From Candidatus Pacearchaeota archaeon (GTDB lineage Archaea > Nanobdellota > Nanobdellia > Pacearchaeales > UBA284), in contig JAVZYK010000001.1 of assembly GCA_038886195.1 (NCBI GenBank), positions 163,456 to 227,455 of the forward strand: a DNA stretch of 64,000 nucleotides, written 5' to 3'. The notes under the pieces were generated by a model. That model was given only the letters and a program-made list of their open reading frames with translations. It was not told where the DNA came from and made no database searches. Below, one piece after another: positions 19,121 through 28,262 of the stretch. The first letter of the stretch is position 1. Each line of letters opens with the position of its first letter. Both the position numbers and the translations under genes were made by a program.

Positions 19121-20926
19121 ATGAAAAAGAGTAAAAAATACTATATTACCACAGCTATAGATTATGTAAACGCAAGGCCCCATATAGGGCATGCATTTGA
19201 GAAAGTTATAGCTGATTCTATAGCAAGATGGCAAAGGTTGAATGGCAAGCAAGTTTTCTTTTTGACAGGAACTGATGAAAATGCCCAAAAAAATGCACAG
19301 GCTGCTAAAGAAGCGGGCATACCAACAAAGCAATTTGTTGATAAAAATGTTAAGGCCTTTATTGAATTGTGCAAGAAACTCAATTTGAGTAATGATGATT
19401 TTATCAGGACTACCGAGCAAAGACATATTAAGGTAGCACAAGAAATTTTTGAGAAAGTTTACAAAAAAGGAGATATTTACAAAGGGACTTATGAAGGGCT
19501 TTATTGTTATGGCTGTGAAGCTTACAAAACTGAAAAAGATTTGGTTAATGGAAAATGTCCTCAACATCCAAATCGAGAGATTGTAACTTTGAAAGAAGAG
19601 GCATATTTTTTTAGATTAAGCAACTATAAAGCCAGGGTTGAAAAATTTGTTAAAAACTATGTTGTTCCGGAAAAAAGAAGAAATGAAATTCTTTCAAGAT
19701 TGAAAGAAGAGGAGCTTCGAGATTTGTGTGTTTCAAGACAAGGCTTAGATTGGGGTATTGATGTGCCATTTGATAAGAAACATAAGATTTATGTTTGGTT
19801 TGACGCGCTTATTAATTACATCTCAGGATCGCAAGGAAATTGGCCTGCTGATTTGCATATTATTGGCAAAGACATTAATTGGTTCCATAGCGTGATATGG
19901 CCCGCTATGTTAATCTCGGCAGGTTACGAGCTTCCAAAGAAATTGTTGGTCCATGGTTTTTTGAACTTGAGTGGAAGAAAGATAAGTAAAAGTATTGGCA
20001 ATGTTGTAGATCCTTTGATATTGATTGATAAATATGGAACCGATGTAGTGAGATACTCATTATTGAGGTGCTCTATTTTTGAGGATTCAGATTATGGCGA
20101 AGACATTTTAATAGAGAGGAACAACAAAGAGTTAGCAGATAAACTTGGAAATTTAGTTTCTAGAGTCTCAGCTTTGGCCGAGCAGCATGGCTTAGAAAAA
20201 TGTGAAAATAAATTATTGAAAAAATTGAAATTGAAAGAAATTAAAAAATGTTTTGAAAATTTTGAAGTTGATAAAGCCCTAGCTTTAATTTTAGAATTTG
20301 TCGATGAATGTAATTTATATGTTCAAGAAAATGAGTTATGGAAAACCCATGATAGAAAAAAATTGTATGAGTTGTGTGATTCAATTAAAGCAATAGCAAT
20401 TTTGTTGTGGCCTTTTATGCCTGAAACAAGCGAAAAAATTGCTAAAGTATTTGGGTTTAAAATAGAAAATTTAAAACAAATTGAAAAACCTATTGAAATT
20501 AAAAAAATTAAAAAGAGCGAAATCCTGTTCAAAAAAATTGAATTGAAAGAAGAATCTAAATTAAAAGAAAAGGAGGTTGAAAAAGAAAAAATGGAAATAG
20601 TGCCGTTTAAAGAATGGCAAAAAATTGACTTGAGAGTTGGCAAGATTCTTGCAGTAAAACCACATCCTAATGCAGACAAGCTAGTTTTGCTTGATATTGA
20701 TTTGGGCGAGCTGGGCAAAAGAACGCTAGTAGCAGGAATAAAACAATATTACAATGAAAAAGAGCTGAAAGGCAAGCAAGTCGTTGTTTTCACAAATCTT
20801 GAGCCAAAAGAAGTTAGAGGCATCAAGAGTGAAGGGATGATACTTGCTGCAGTGAACAAGGACAAATCAAAAGTCATACTAATTGCGCCCGAAAAAGAAA
20901 TTGAGCCAGGAAGCAAGGTCGAGTGA
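19121..20926 (+). CDS. metG: Methionyl-tRNA synthetase with C-terminal EMAP/Trbp111-like tRNA-binding domain
   Basis: HIGH motif ARPHIGHAF, KMSKS motif KISKSIGN, and a C-terminal tRNA-binding OB fold, WQKIDLRVGKILAVKPHPNADKLVLLDIDLG. Confidence 0.9.
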   Translation: MKKSKKYYITTAIDYVNARPHIGHAFEKVIADSIARWQRLNGKQVFFLTGTDENAQKNAQAAKEAGIPTKQFVDKNVKAFIELCKKLNLSNDDFIRTTEQRHIKVAQEIFEKVYKKGDIYKGTYEGLYCYGCEAYKTEKDLVNGKCPQHPNREIVTLKEEAYFFRLSNYKARVEKFVKNYVVPEKRRNEILSRLKEEELRDLCVSRQGLDWGIDVPFDKKHKIYVWFDALINYISGSQGNWPADLHIIGKDINWFHSVIWPAMLISAGYELPKKLLVHGFLNLSGRKISKSIGNVVDPLILIDKYGTDVVRYSLLRCSIFEDSDYGEDILIERNNKELADKLGNLVSRVSALAEQHGLEKCENKLLKKLKLKEIKKCFENFEVDKALALILEFVDECNLYVQENELWKTHDRKKLYELCDSIKAIAILLWPFMPETSEKIAKVFGFKIENLKQIEKPIEIKKIKKSEILFKKIELKEESKLKEKEVEKEKMEIVPFKEWQKIDLRVGKILAVKPHPNADKLVLLDIDLGELGKRTLVAGIKQYYNEKELKGKQVVVFTNLEPKEVRGIKSEGMILAAVNKDKSKVILIAPEKEIEPGSKVE

Positions 20927-20971
20927 AATAAACATTTCTGTGGAAGTAAAAAAAGAGAAAAAGAAGAAAAA

Positions 20972-21406
20972 TCATTTAACTTTAATTTTCTTTGTCGCGA
21001 TTTTCTTTTCTGCTTTAGGCAAAGTTATTGTTAAAATGCCGTCTTTGTAGCTAGCTTCCGCTTTTTCTGGAATAACTCTACAAGGCAAAGTCATGCTTCT
21101 GTAAAAACCTTTATATGATCTTTCTGCCCTGTAAAAACCTTTTTTCTTTTCTTCTATTGCTTCCTTTTTCTTTGCTTTTATTGTTATTGTGTCTGGCGTT
21201 ACATCAATATCTATGTCTTCTTTAGAAATGCCCGGCAACTCAACCGCTAGCTTAAGCTCATTTTCTGTTTCTTCCATGTCAACTAAAGGTTCTCGAAATT
21301 CTGGCATTTCAAAATGAAATTCTTGCCATCTTGGCATCGACCATTCCCAAAAATGTCTCATAGCCCGTCTTATTCTTCTAAATTCATCATCAAAATCATC
21401 GAACAT
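20972..21406 (-). CDS. Hsp20/alpha-crystallin family small heat-shock protein
   Basis: ACD core: VDMEETENELKLAVELPGISKEDIDIDV...ITIKAKK...GFYRSMTLPCRVIPEKAEASYKDGILTITLPK. Confidence 0.85.
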   Translation of the reverse strand: MFDDFDDEFRRIRRAMRHFWEWSMPRWQEFHFEMPEFREPLVDMEETENELKLAVELPGISKEDIDIDVTPDTITIKAKKKEAIEEKKKGFYRAERSYKGFYRSMTLPCRVIPEKAEASYKDGILTITLPKAEKKIATKKIKVK

Positions 21407-21518
21407 TTTACACCTCCTTTTAAAATTGCCTTAGACTTTATTTAAATAGCGTGTAAAATTTAAAAAATTTTCGAAAACTTAAGAAAGCCGGGTTTCCATC
21501 TATTTAATAAAGAATCCT

Positions 21519-21797
21519 TTATTTCCTTATATCTTTTATATTCTGGATGTTTTTTACATTAATATTGTAGCCGTCGCAAAGATAAGATAAGCAATCAAGA
21601 TGGTTTTTGATGATATCTTTTTCTTTGACCGCGCCCGTGTCTAAGCCCATCTTCCATATACACTTTTCTATTAGTTTTGGCTTTATTTGAGTGTATTTTG
21701 TTTTAGCTTCATTAAAGAATATTAAAGACTTGTGAAAGTTTCTTTCAGTTGCTGCTATGATTAAAAGTTCCCTACAGTCATCTATTTCTAATTTCAA
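21519..21797 (-). CDS. Hypothetical protein
   Basis: 92-aa ORF. Confidence 0.3.
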   Translation of the reverse strand: MKLEIDDCRELLIIAATERNFHKSLIFFNEAKTKYTQIKPKLIEKCIWKMGLDTGAVKEKDIIKNHLDCLSYLCDGYNINVKNIQNIKDIRK

Positions 21798-22048
21798 TGG
21801 ATTTGAATCATAAAGGTTATTTTTTAATAGAAATTCATATTTTTCATTTAACTTCCGAACTTTCTTGTAATTTTTTGTTCTATTGAGAGTTTCATTTCAT
21901 CCAGCAATGCAAACAATTTTCTTGTTATTTCCTCTATATTCATCATTTTATTTTGTATATTTTTATTTAAGATTTAACAAAATTTATTTAAAGTTATTTT
22001 TAAGATTCTTCAGACTTTATAAAAAAATTTGTTATAAAAAAGATAGAA

Positions 22049-22121
22049 TGGGCCTGCGCGGAATCGAACCGCGGATCTACACCGTGTGAGGGTGTCGTCT
22101 TAGCCACTGGACTACAGGCCC
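22049..22121 (-). tRNA. tRNA-Val(CAC)
   Basis: Minus-strand read: GGGCCTG-TA-GTCCAGTGGCTAAGAC-G-ACACC-CTCACAC-GGTGT-AGATC-CGCGGTTCGATTCCGCG-CAGGCCC-A. Perfect cloverleaf, anticodon CAC, no intron. Confidence 0.85.
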
Positions 22122-22151
22122 TAATAAGAAAAGAAAAGACATTATAAAAAT

Positions 22152-22901
22152 TTATTCTTGATATATAATTATATTGCCTCTGCCTCTTTTAATTTTTCTA
22201 ACTTTTCCTTGAGCTTCTAAATCAGCAATAATTAAAGACATTTTAGCTTCACTAAGTTTTAGTTCCTTTCTAATGTCTTTTTGTGTCACTCGTCTTTCGC
22301 GCTTTAAAATTTCTAAAGTTTTTTTCATTGCTTCATCACCTATTGGCTTTTCTTCTTCTAACTTTTCCTTAATTGCCTTTGCTCTAAATTTTCTTCTCCT
22401 TTTTATAGATTTGGCTTTTTTTCTTTCTCTTAAGATTAGATAAATTATGATAAATGCCAAAAGCAAAATTGCAATTATTCCACCGATTAAAGTCCAATCT
22501 GTTTTCTTTCTTTCTTTAAGCAAATCTTCAATCATTTTAAGTTCAGATTCATCAAATTCTATGTCTTCAATATCGGGAGTTTCGAACAAAATTAAGTCTA
22601 AAGTGAAAGAACCTTCTGCCGGTACAGTTATTATTTCTTTATCATAAAGCAAAGTTCCCTGGATAGTGTAAAAAGCTTCTATTTCATAGCTTCCTTGAGG
22701 CACTACGAAAGAATAATGGCCAGTATTTGCTACAAGGCTTTGTTTCGGCGTACTATTAATTTCAACTATTGCTTTCTTAGCTATTTCTAAATCTGGACCA
22801 TAAATATTGCCTTGAATTGTTGCTGCTTTAACTGAAAAAATTGATAAGATAAAAACTACTTCAATAATTACAACAAAACAAATTTCCTTAGCCTTTTTCA
22901 T
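22152..22901 (-). CDS. Membrane-anchored protein with an extracellular CarboxypepD_reg-like beta domain and a cytoplasmic C-terminal winged-helix domain
   Basis: Signal/anchor segment, then a beta-rich region (ATIQGNIYGPD...HYSFVVPQGSYEIEAFY). A TM helix, GGIIAILLLAFIIIYLIL, followed by basic residues. C-terminal TLEILKRERRVTQKDIRKELKLSEAKMSLIIADLEAQGKVRKIKRGRGNIIIY is a MarR/wHTH-like pattern. Confidence 0.5.
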   Translation of the reverse strand: MKKAKEICFVVIIEVVFILSIFSVKAATIQGNIYGPDLEIAKKAIVEINSTPKQSLVANTGHYSFVVPQGSYEIEAFYTIQGTLLYDKEIITVPAEGSFTLDLILFETPDIEDIEFDESELKMIEDLLKERKKTDWTLIGGIIAILLLAFIIIYLILRERKKAKSIKRRRKFRAKAIKEKLEEEKPIGDEAMKKTLEILKRERRVTQKDIRKELKLSEAKMSLIIADLEAQGKVRKIKRGRGNIIIYQE

Positions 22902-23084
22902 AGAGGCTTTTATTCATTTCTATTTTAAATATTTTGTGTTTTTTATATTATTTTTTCATAAAATCTTTCAATACTTTCTCTTAAATTAAAGATATAAAGC
23001 TTAAATATCCCTTTTACGCAAATACTTTAGAAAGTTTATTTATAAAGTAAAAAAAGCCCATAGATTCAGCATAAAAAATAGAAA

Positions 23085-24827
23085 ATGAGCTTGCTAGATA
23101 TTTTTGGAAAAAACAGGAAAATAGAAAACAAAAATAAAAACAAGGATGACATAGAAATAACAGCAACTTATAACTTAAACGAAATAATTGGAGCGCACGA
23201 ATCGAAAGATCAAGAGGAAGTAGCAAAAACAAATAAAATAGAAAAACAGGAGAAGTCAGAAGTGCCTTTTACAATTGTAAAAGAACCGATTGAGAAAACA
23301 ATATTTGTATTTGATGAAGCTTTTGACAGCAACGAAGGAAATTTAATTAAAAGGATAGTAAGAAAACAAAAAGGGATTTCATTTTTCTCTATTTCTAAAA
23401 AAGAAAGTTTTGAAATTATGTCAAAACTTTATAAAAATGAAGGTGAAGATTTGATAATAATAAAAGGAAATTACAAGAATATAGCCTCAGATATAGAAAT
23501 AGAAAATTTTCTAGAAAAAATTTTGAATAATAAAAAGTCAAAAATTTTACGTAGGTCTTTAAGTCTAGAAAATTGCAAGAATGAAAATAAAGACTATAGA
23601 TGGATGATTAGGAACTACTTGAAAAAGTTAAATATAGAAGCAGGATTAAACATTCGTGTTAAAAAAGGTTTAGAAAAAAAGGTGGAAGAAAAAATAGAAG
23701 AAGAATATAGTGAAAATAAATGTGATAAAAAGATTATAGATATTCCTAAACCTTTAGAAGTTGACGAGCCTAAAGTAGAAATGCCTACAGAAGTGCCTGA
23801 TTTTGTTAAAGAAATTCTAGAAGAAGAAAACCCTATTGAATTTATTTTTACAGGCGCCAAAATAGATAAAGAAAAGATAAAGAAGAATGAAGAAAACGAC
23901 ACTTTGTATAATATTGTAATAGATGAAAGTTATAGAAGTAAAATCTCTTTAACTAATGATGAACTTAAAAAATTATCTCTTGCCATTTCGTATGCATGGA
24001 AAAAAATGTTTCCATGGTGTGAAGTTGAAATAAATGAGAATGATTTTATAAGAATTGGGGATTCTATTAGTGAACTAGTTGATGCTATTTCATTTAAACT
24101 TAAAGAAAGAGAAACTGGAAAGTATACTGGAGATGTTATCAAAGTTAATAATGATTTTTTTGTAATATGGAGAAATGGTAGAGATTATTATGCTAAACCT
24201 ACTGAAAAAATAGCTCCATTGCTTGTAGATGTTGCTAAAAAATATAATTTTAATGAAAAAAATTTGGCGGAATATATTAATCCTTTAATAGAGCAAGTTT
24301 TTGAACACTATGTAAAGAAAAAAGGAGTTACGATAGAGCAGATAGTTACAGAGAAAGGAAAAGATGCGAAGGAGTTTGAGTGCAAACCAGGAGTAGCTTA
24401 TGTAGACTTTTCTGACATGTTTGTAAAGGATATAACGGCTTGTATCGAAGAAATTGCTGAAAGTAAAGGTAGTTTGGCCGGTCTGGTCGCAACAGAAGAA
24501 TACAAAGCGCCAGACAGCAACAATGCTGGTGAGATTTACTTGAAAAGAGAAGATCCGAAATTTGCAGAAGTTTTTAAACATTATCCTAAATTAGATAAGT
24601 TGAAGAGCATCGCTACTGGGCCTTTATTTATCAATGCTATTGTTGAAGCATACCATAGCAATATTAATATTAAAATTAAAAAACTAGAGGAAGCGGCATT
24701 GCTTGTCAAAACTTTGCCAAAAGAATATCAAAGCATTGCTTATTCTGTGATTATGGAAATGAAAAAAGAAAGTAAGCATACTCAATCAAATGCTCAATCA
24801 AAACTAAATAAAATTACTTATGCTTGA
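23085..24827 (+). CDS. Hypothetical K/E-rich protein
   Basis: 580 aa with a low-complexity charged N-terminal half. No motif recognised. Confidence 0.4.
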   Translation: MSLLDIFGKNRKIENKNKNKDDIEITATYNLNEIIGAHESKDQEEVAKTNKIEKQEKSEVPFTIVKEPIEKTIFVFDEAFDSNEGNLIKRIVRKQKGISFFSISKKESFEIMSKLYKNEGEDLIIIKGNYKNIASDIEIENFLEKILNNKKSKILRRSLSLENCKNENKDYRWMIRNYLKKLNIEAGLNIRVKKGLEKKVEEKIEEEYSENKCDKKIIDIPKPLEVDEPKVEMPTEVPDFVKEILEEENPIEFIFTGAKIDKEKIKKNEENDTLYNIVIDESYRSKISLTNDELKKLSLAISYAWKKMFPWCEVEINENDFIRIGDSISELVDAISFKLKERETGKYTGDVIKVNNDFFVIWRNGRDYYAKPTEKIAPLLVDVAKKYNFNEKNLAEYINPLIEQVFEHYVKKKGVTIEQIVTEKGKDAKEFECKPGVAYVDFSDMFVKDITACIEEIAESKGSLAGLVATEEYKAPDSNNAGEIYLKREDPKFAEVFKHYPKLDKLKSIATGPLFINAIVEAYHSNINIKIKKLEEAALLVKTLPKEYQSIAYSVIMEMKKESKHTQSNAQSKLNKITYA

Positions 24828-24842
24828 AAGGAGGTTTAAAAA

Positions 24843-25700
24843 ATGAAATTGCAAATTTTATCATTTGTAGTAATTGCTTTAGTTGTCTTATTGCCTTTAG
24901 CTTCGGCAGCGATGCAGCAAGGAAACAAAATATTGCCTATAGTCGGCGATAAAACAATGACTAGAGAACAACTTAGAGAAAAGTTTCTTGGAGAAGAGAG
25001 TTTTAGAGTACAGTTAAGAAACCAGATTCGAGAGTGTATTGGAAATGAATCTGTAGAATGCGAAGGAATTAGAGAACAAGCAAGAGAAACAGTAAGAGGA
25101 GTTATAGGAAAAGTATGTCAGAATACAGAGGAGATAATGGAAAGAACGAGGACAAGAATCCAGAACAACCCCAAATTAACAAATGAAGAAAAAGAATCTA
25201 TGATTCGAGTTGTAAATGAACAGAGAACAGAATTTGAAGGTTTGTGTGAAGGCCTAGAAGAAATGGATAATGAACAACTTAGAGAACGAATTAGAGAGAT
25301 GAAACAACTAATGCGAGAAACTAAAATTAAGTTTGGCATTGCTAAAGATTTAATTCATTTGAAACGTATTGGTCTCGTAATTGAAAGGGCAGAGCATCTT
25401 GAAACCAAATTACAAGATTTTATAGAAAAATGGAATTGTAGCACAAATGAAACACAACAACTTGCAGAAGATTTCAATGCAAAAATCGCTGAAGCACGAG
25501 CAGATTACAATGAATCTGTGGAATTGTGGCAACAATTTAAGGAATCAGTTAAGAATCACGAACCAAACACCGAGCTTTTAAGAGAGGCTCAAGAAAAAAT
25601 GAAGTTAGCTCAATTTAAACTAAAAGAAGCGCATCTTGTATTAAAGGAGATAATTATTGAGCTAAGAGAGTGTAAAGATACAGAAAAAGCAAAAAGTTAG
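24843..25700 (+). CDS. Secreted coiled-coil protein
   Basis: Signal peptide MKLQILSFVVIALVVLLPLASAA, then E/R/Q-rich heptad-like sequence with three Cys. Confidence 0.45.
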   Translation: MKLQILSFVVIALVVLLPLASAAMQQGNKILPIVGDKTMTREQLREKFLGEESFRVQLRNQIRECIGNESVECEGIREQARETVRGVIGKVCQNTEEIMERTRTRIQNNPKLTNEEKESMIRVVNEQRTEFEGLCEGLEEMDNEQLRERIREMKQLMRETKIKFGIAKDLIHLKRIGLVIERAEHLETKLQDFIEKWNCSTNETQQLAEDFNAKIAEARADYNESVELWQQFKESVKNHEPNTELLREAQEKMKLAQFKLKEAHLVLKEIIIELRECKDTEKAKS

Positions 25701-25720
25701 AGTTAAGAAATAAAGATAAA

Positions 25721-25939
25721 ATGGAATCAAAAATAGTTGTTTTGGGTTTGTTTATAACAATGATTATTTTGTTGGCGATTGTCTCTGGAGCAGGTTGCGG
25801 CAAAACGAACACAGAGGTCGAAGCTCAAGAACTTGAATCAACTTTTGGGGAATTAGAAGACCTTGATAACGAAATAAACAATTTGAATATTGATGAATTG
25901 AACGAAAGTGAGCTCGAAGAACTTGAAGAGTTGTTTTAA
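25721..25939 (+). CDS. Small secreted acidic protein with a lipobox-like Cys (…IVSGAGC)
   Basis: 72 aa. A hydrophobic h-region is followed by SGAGCGK, then an acidic tail. Confidence 0.35.
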   Translation: MESKIVVLGLFITMIILLAIVSGAGCGKTNTEVEAQELESTFGELEDLDNEINNLNIDELNESELEELEELF

Positions 25940-26521
25940 TTAGTTGAATTTTAATTTTTTTGTTTTTTTCTCTTTTATCTTTTTAAAATAATTTTTTAGT
26001 TTTTTAGTTAAAGAATTAGAATTTTCTATTAAGCCATCATCTTCTTTTTTCTTTGGTTCAGGTTCTATAATTTCTTTCATGTAGAACGGAATAAATATTT
26101 GTTTTGGTTCTGGAGCTATTTGTTCTTTAAGTTCAATAACTTTTTGATATAATTCCTCTTGTTTTGTTTTAATTATAAAAAACGAGGGAGGACATTCAGA
26201 TTCGATATTTTCTAAAACGTCCGTAAAAATGTAAAATTTATTTTTAATATTTTCTTGATCTTGATAATTTAAATTTAAAGAATAAATTAAATTTTTGAAA
26301 AAACAATAATTTTCTCCGAAGGCTTCAACGAAGATTAAACCTTTCTCTCTATTCCTATATATATTGACTTCCTTCTTTTTAAAAGGAGGCATTAAAGGCG
26401 TTTTTGCTTTAATTTCTAAAGACTTCTCTTTTATTGCTTTAAAATTGGCATACAATATATCTTCAAAGTCATAATAATTCCAAAAATCCAAGATAAACTT
26501 TATCAAATTATTTTTTGACAT
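25940..26521 (-). CDS. Hypothetical protein
   Basis: 193-aa ORF that ends the minus-strand nrdR-RNR gene string. Confidence 0.4.
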   Translation of the reverse strand: MSKNNLIKFILDFWNYYDFEDILYANFKAIKEKSLEIKAKTPLMPPFKKKEVNIYRNREKGLIFVEAFGENYCFFKNLIYSLNLNYQDQENIKNKFYIFTDVLENIESECPPSFFIIKTKQEELYQKVIELKEQIAPEPKQIFIPFYMKEIIEPEPKKKEDDGLIENSNSLTKKLKNYFKKIKEKKTKKLKFN

Positions 26522-26532
26522 TTTATTTATTA

Positions 26533-28194
26533 CTATTTATTACTTTTACTTAATTTTTTAATCAGAATTTCTCTTATGTTGGCATGTATTTCTTTATTAT
26601 AATTTGGATTATATTTAATTATTTTTTGACAATAATTTGGTTCGGTACAATAGCCTAGAATACATTTCGGTCCTATTAAGTTTTTTAATTCTGGAATGGC
26701 TTCTTTTATCAATTTTTCTTTTATTTCGGTTGTTTCAAGTCTTTCTGGCTCGCAAGTTGTACATAACCTTAATGACAGCTCTCCTAAAGTTAAATTATAT
26801 AAATCATAGGTTTCTAGAGTTCTAACTCTAACACATCTAGGCAATATGTAAATTGCATCTCTGGCTTCGATTCCATTTTGAATCAGATGTTTCATTAACA
26901 AAATTTGTTTTGCAGAAATATCAATGTAGTTAAATAATAAAATTTCTAGTCCTTCTTTTTTTAAGGCAGAAGGAATTACAATTGCTTGTTCAATTTTTTC
27001 TGTTAAATTTTTTAATTTTTTTTCATTTGGACTTTTTTTATATTCTTTAAAATTTTCTTTTAAAGAAATTATAGTTTTATAGGAATTTTCTGCTGCGTAA
27101 TAAATTGATTCAACACATTGCTTTAATGTGGCGTGTCTTTTTTGCTCTCCCCAAACGCGCCATGATATTGCACTTGCAGTTTGTAGATATACTGAATCAT
27201 TATATCTGTCGATTAAATCTCTAAAAGCAAGCAAATTTCTTCTTGCTTTTTTTTCAATTTCTTCTGGATTTTTTAAAGCGTATGTTTCTTTAAGCATTTG
27301 TTCAATCTCAACAATATTTTCTAAAAATCCGTCTGTAAATTTAACATTGAAATTAACGAGAACGGGCTTTAGAGGATTATCATATTCTTTTGCAATTTCT
27401 GTTGCAATGTTTTCTTTCGGAGCTTTAAAAACATTCCAATGTAAATAAGTATCACGCAAAGCGGCTTTTCTTGCATCATAAATTTTTTTCATATTTGCTA
27501 TTTTGACAATTTCTTTTTCTATAATTTCAACAAGATTTTCTATTTCTCTTGGGAAGAAAATTTCGCCTTCATTTCTTTGATACTCGAGCTCATTTGATAA
27601 TGTTATTATTGCTGAAATTGGCAAAACAATATAGAGATTGCCAGAACCATTATAAGCCATCATTTTGCTTGCGATTTGGGGTCCTTCTTTTTCTCCGAAA
27701 GTTTCTATTATTTTTTTATAATTTTCTAGTGCTTTCTGTGAAACTTTTATATAAAGTTCTTTCAGATGGCTATTTTCTTTTTTATTTAAAATTTCTGGAA
27801 CAATTAAATCTTCAATTAATGCTCGTCTGCCGCTTGTTGTAAAACTTCTAGAGTTCACCAAACCAGTTAGCGCAGGATCTATAAATTTGCTTCCTTCAAT
27901 TCCAAGAACTATGCCAGCCGTACCATCAAGAGAATGGCCACGAAGAACTGAACTAGATAGTTTTTTAGTAATAATATCTTCAAGTTCTCCTTTTTGAATT
28001 GCATTTTTAATTTCAAGTTCTAGGCTTTCATTAAATGAAATTTGTTGAGAAACTGCTTTCTGTAAAAAAGCAATAATTATATCAGCTCCTAAAAAATTTT
28101 TTGAAACTATGTTTTTTATTTCAGAACTTTCTATTTCATATCTTGGCCAGTATCCTAGAAGTCTTACCTTTAATCCATCTTTTGACCATTCCAT
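26533..28194 (-). CDS. Hypothetical protein (553 aa), co-directional and immediately downstream of the class II RNR
   Basis: Long ORF with no firm motif. Contains a Cys cluster near the C-terminus (CTTCEP...CILGYCTEPNYC). Confidence 0.45.
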   Translation of the reverse strand: MEWSKDGLKVRLLGYWPRYEIESSEIKNIVSKNFLGADIIIAFLQKAVSQQISFNESLELEIKNAIQKGELEDIITKKLSSSVLRGHSLDGTAGIVLGIEGSKFIDPALTGLVNSRSFTTSGRRALIEDLIVPEILNKKENSHLKELYIKVSQKALENYKKIIETFGEKEGPQIASKMMAYNGSGNLYIVLPISAIITLSNELEYQRNEGEIFFPREIENLVEIIEKEIVKIANMKKIYDARKAALRDTYLHWNVFKAPKENIATEIAKEYDNPLKPVLVNFNVKFTDGFLENIVEIEQMLKETYALKNPEEIEKKARRNLLAFRDLIDRYNDSVYLQTASAISWRVWGEQKRHATLKQCVESIYYAAENSYKTIISLKENFKEYKKSPNEKKLKNLTEKIEQAIVIPSALKKEGLEILLFNYIDISAKQILLMKHLIQNGIEARDAIYILPRCVRVRTLETYDLYNLTLGELSLRLCTTCEPERLETTEIKEKLIKEAIPELKNLIGPKCILGYCTEPNYCQKIIKYNPNYNKEIHANIREILIKKLSKSNK

Positions 28195-28262
28195 TTTTGA
28201 ATTATGATTTCAAGTTTTTAAAGAATTTAGATGTTCTGAAATATATTTTAAATTATAAAATT

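Noticed and set aside
21883-22089. 68-aa plus-strand ORF
   Set aside because: It overlaps the minus-strand tRNA-Val gene. Its C-terminus is simply the translated tRNA sequence.
26533-28194. Possible ThyX-like motifs (SRSFTTSGRRA and KRHATLKQCVESIYY) in the 553-aa protein downstream of the RNR
   Set aside because: The resemblance to the ThyX RHRxxSxxxxSxRY signature is too loose, and the length does not fit. It should not be annotated as thymidylate synthase without a profile search.
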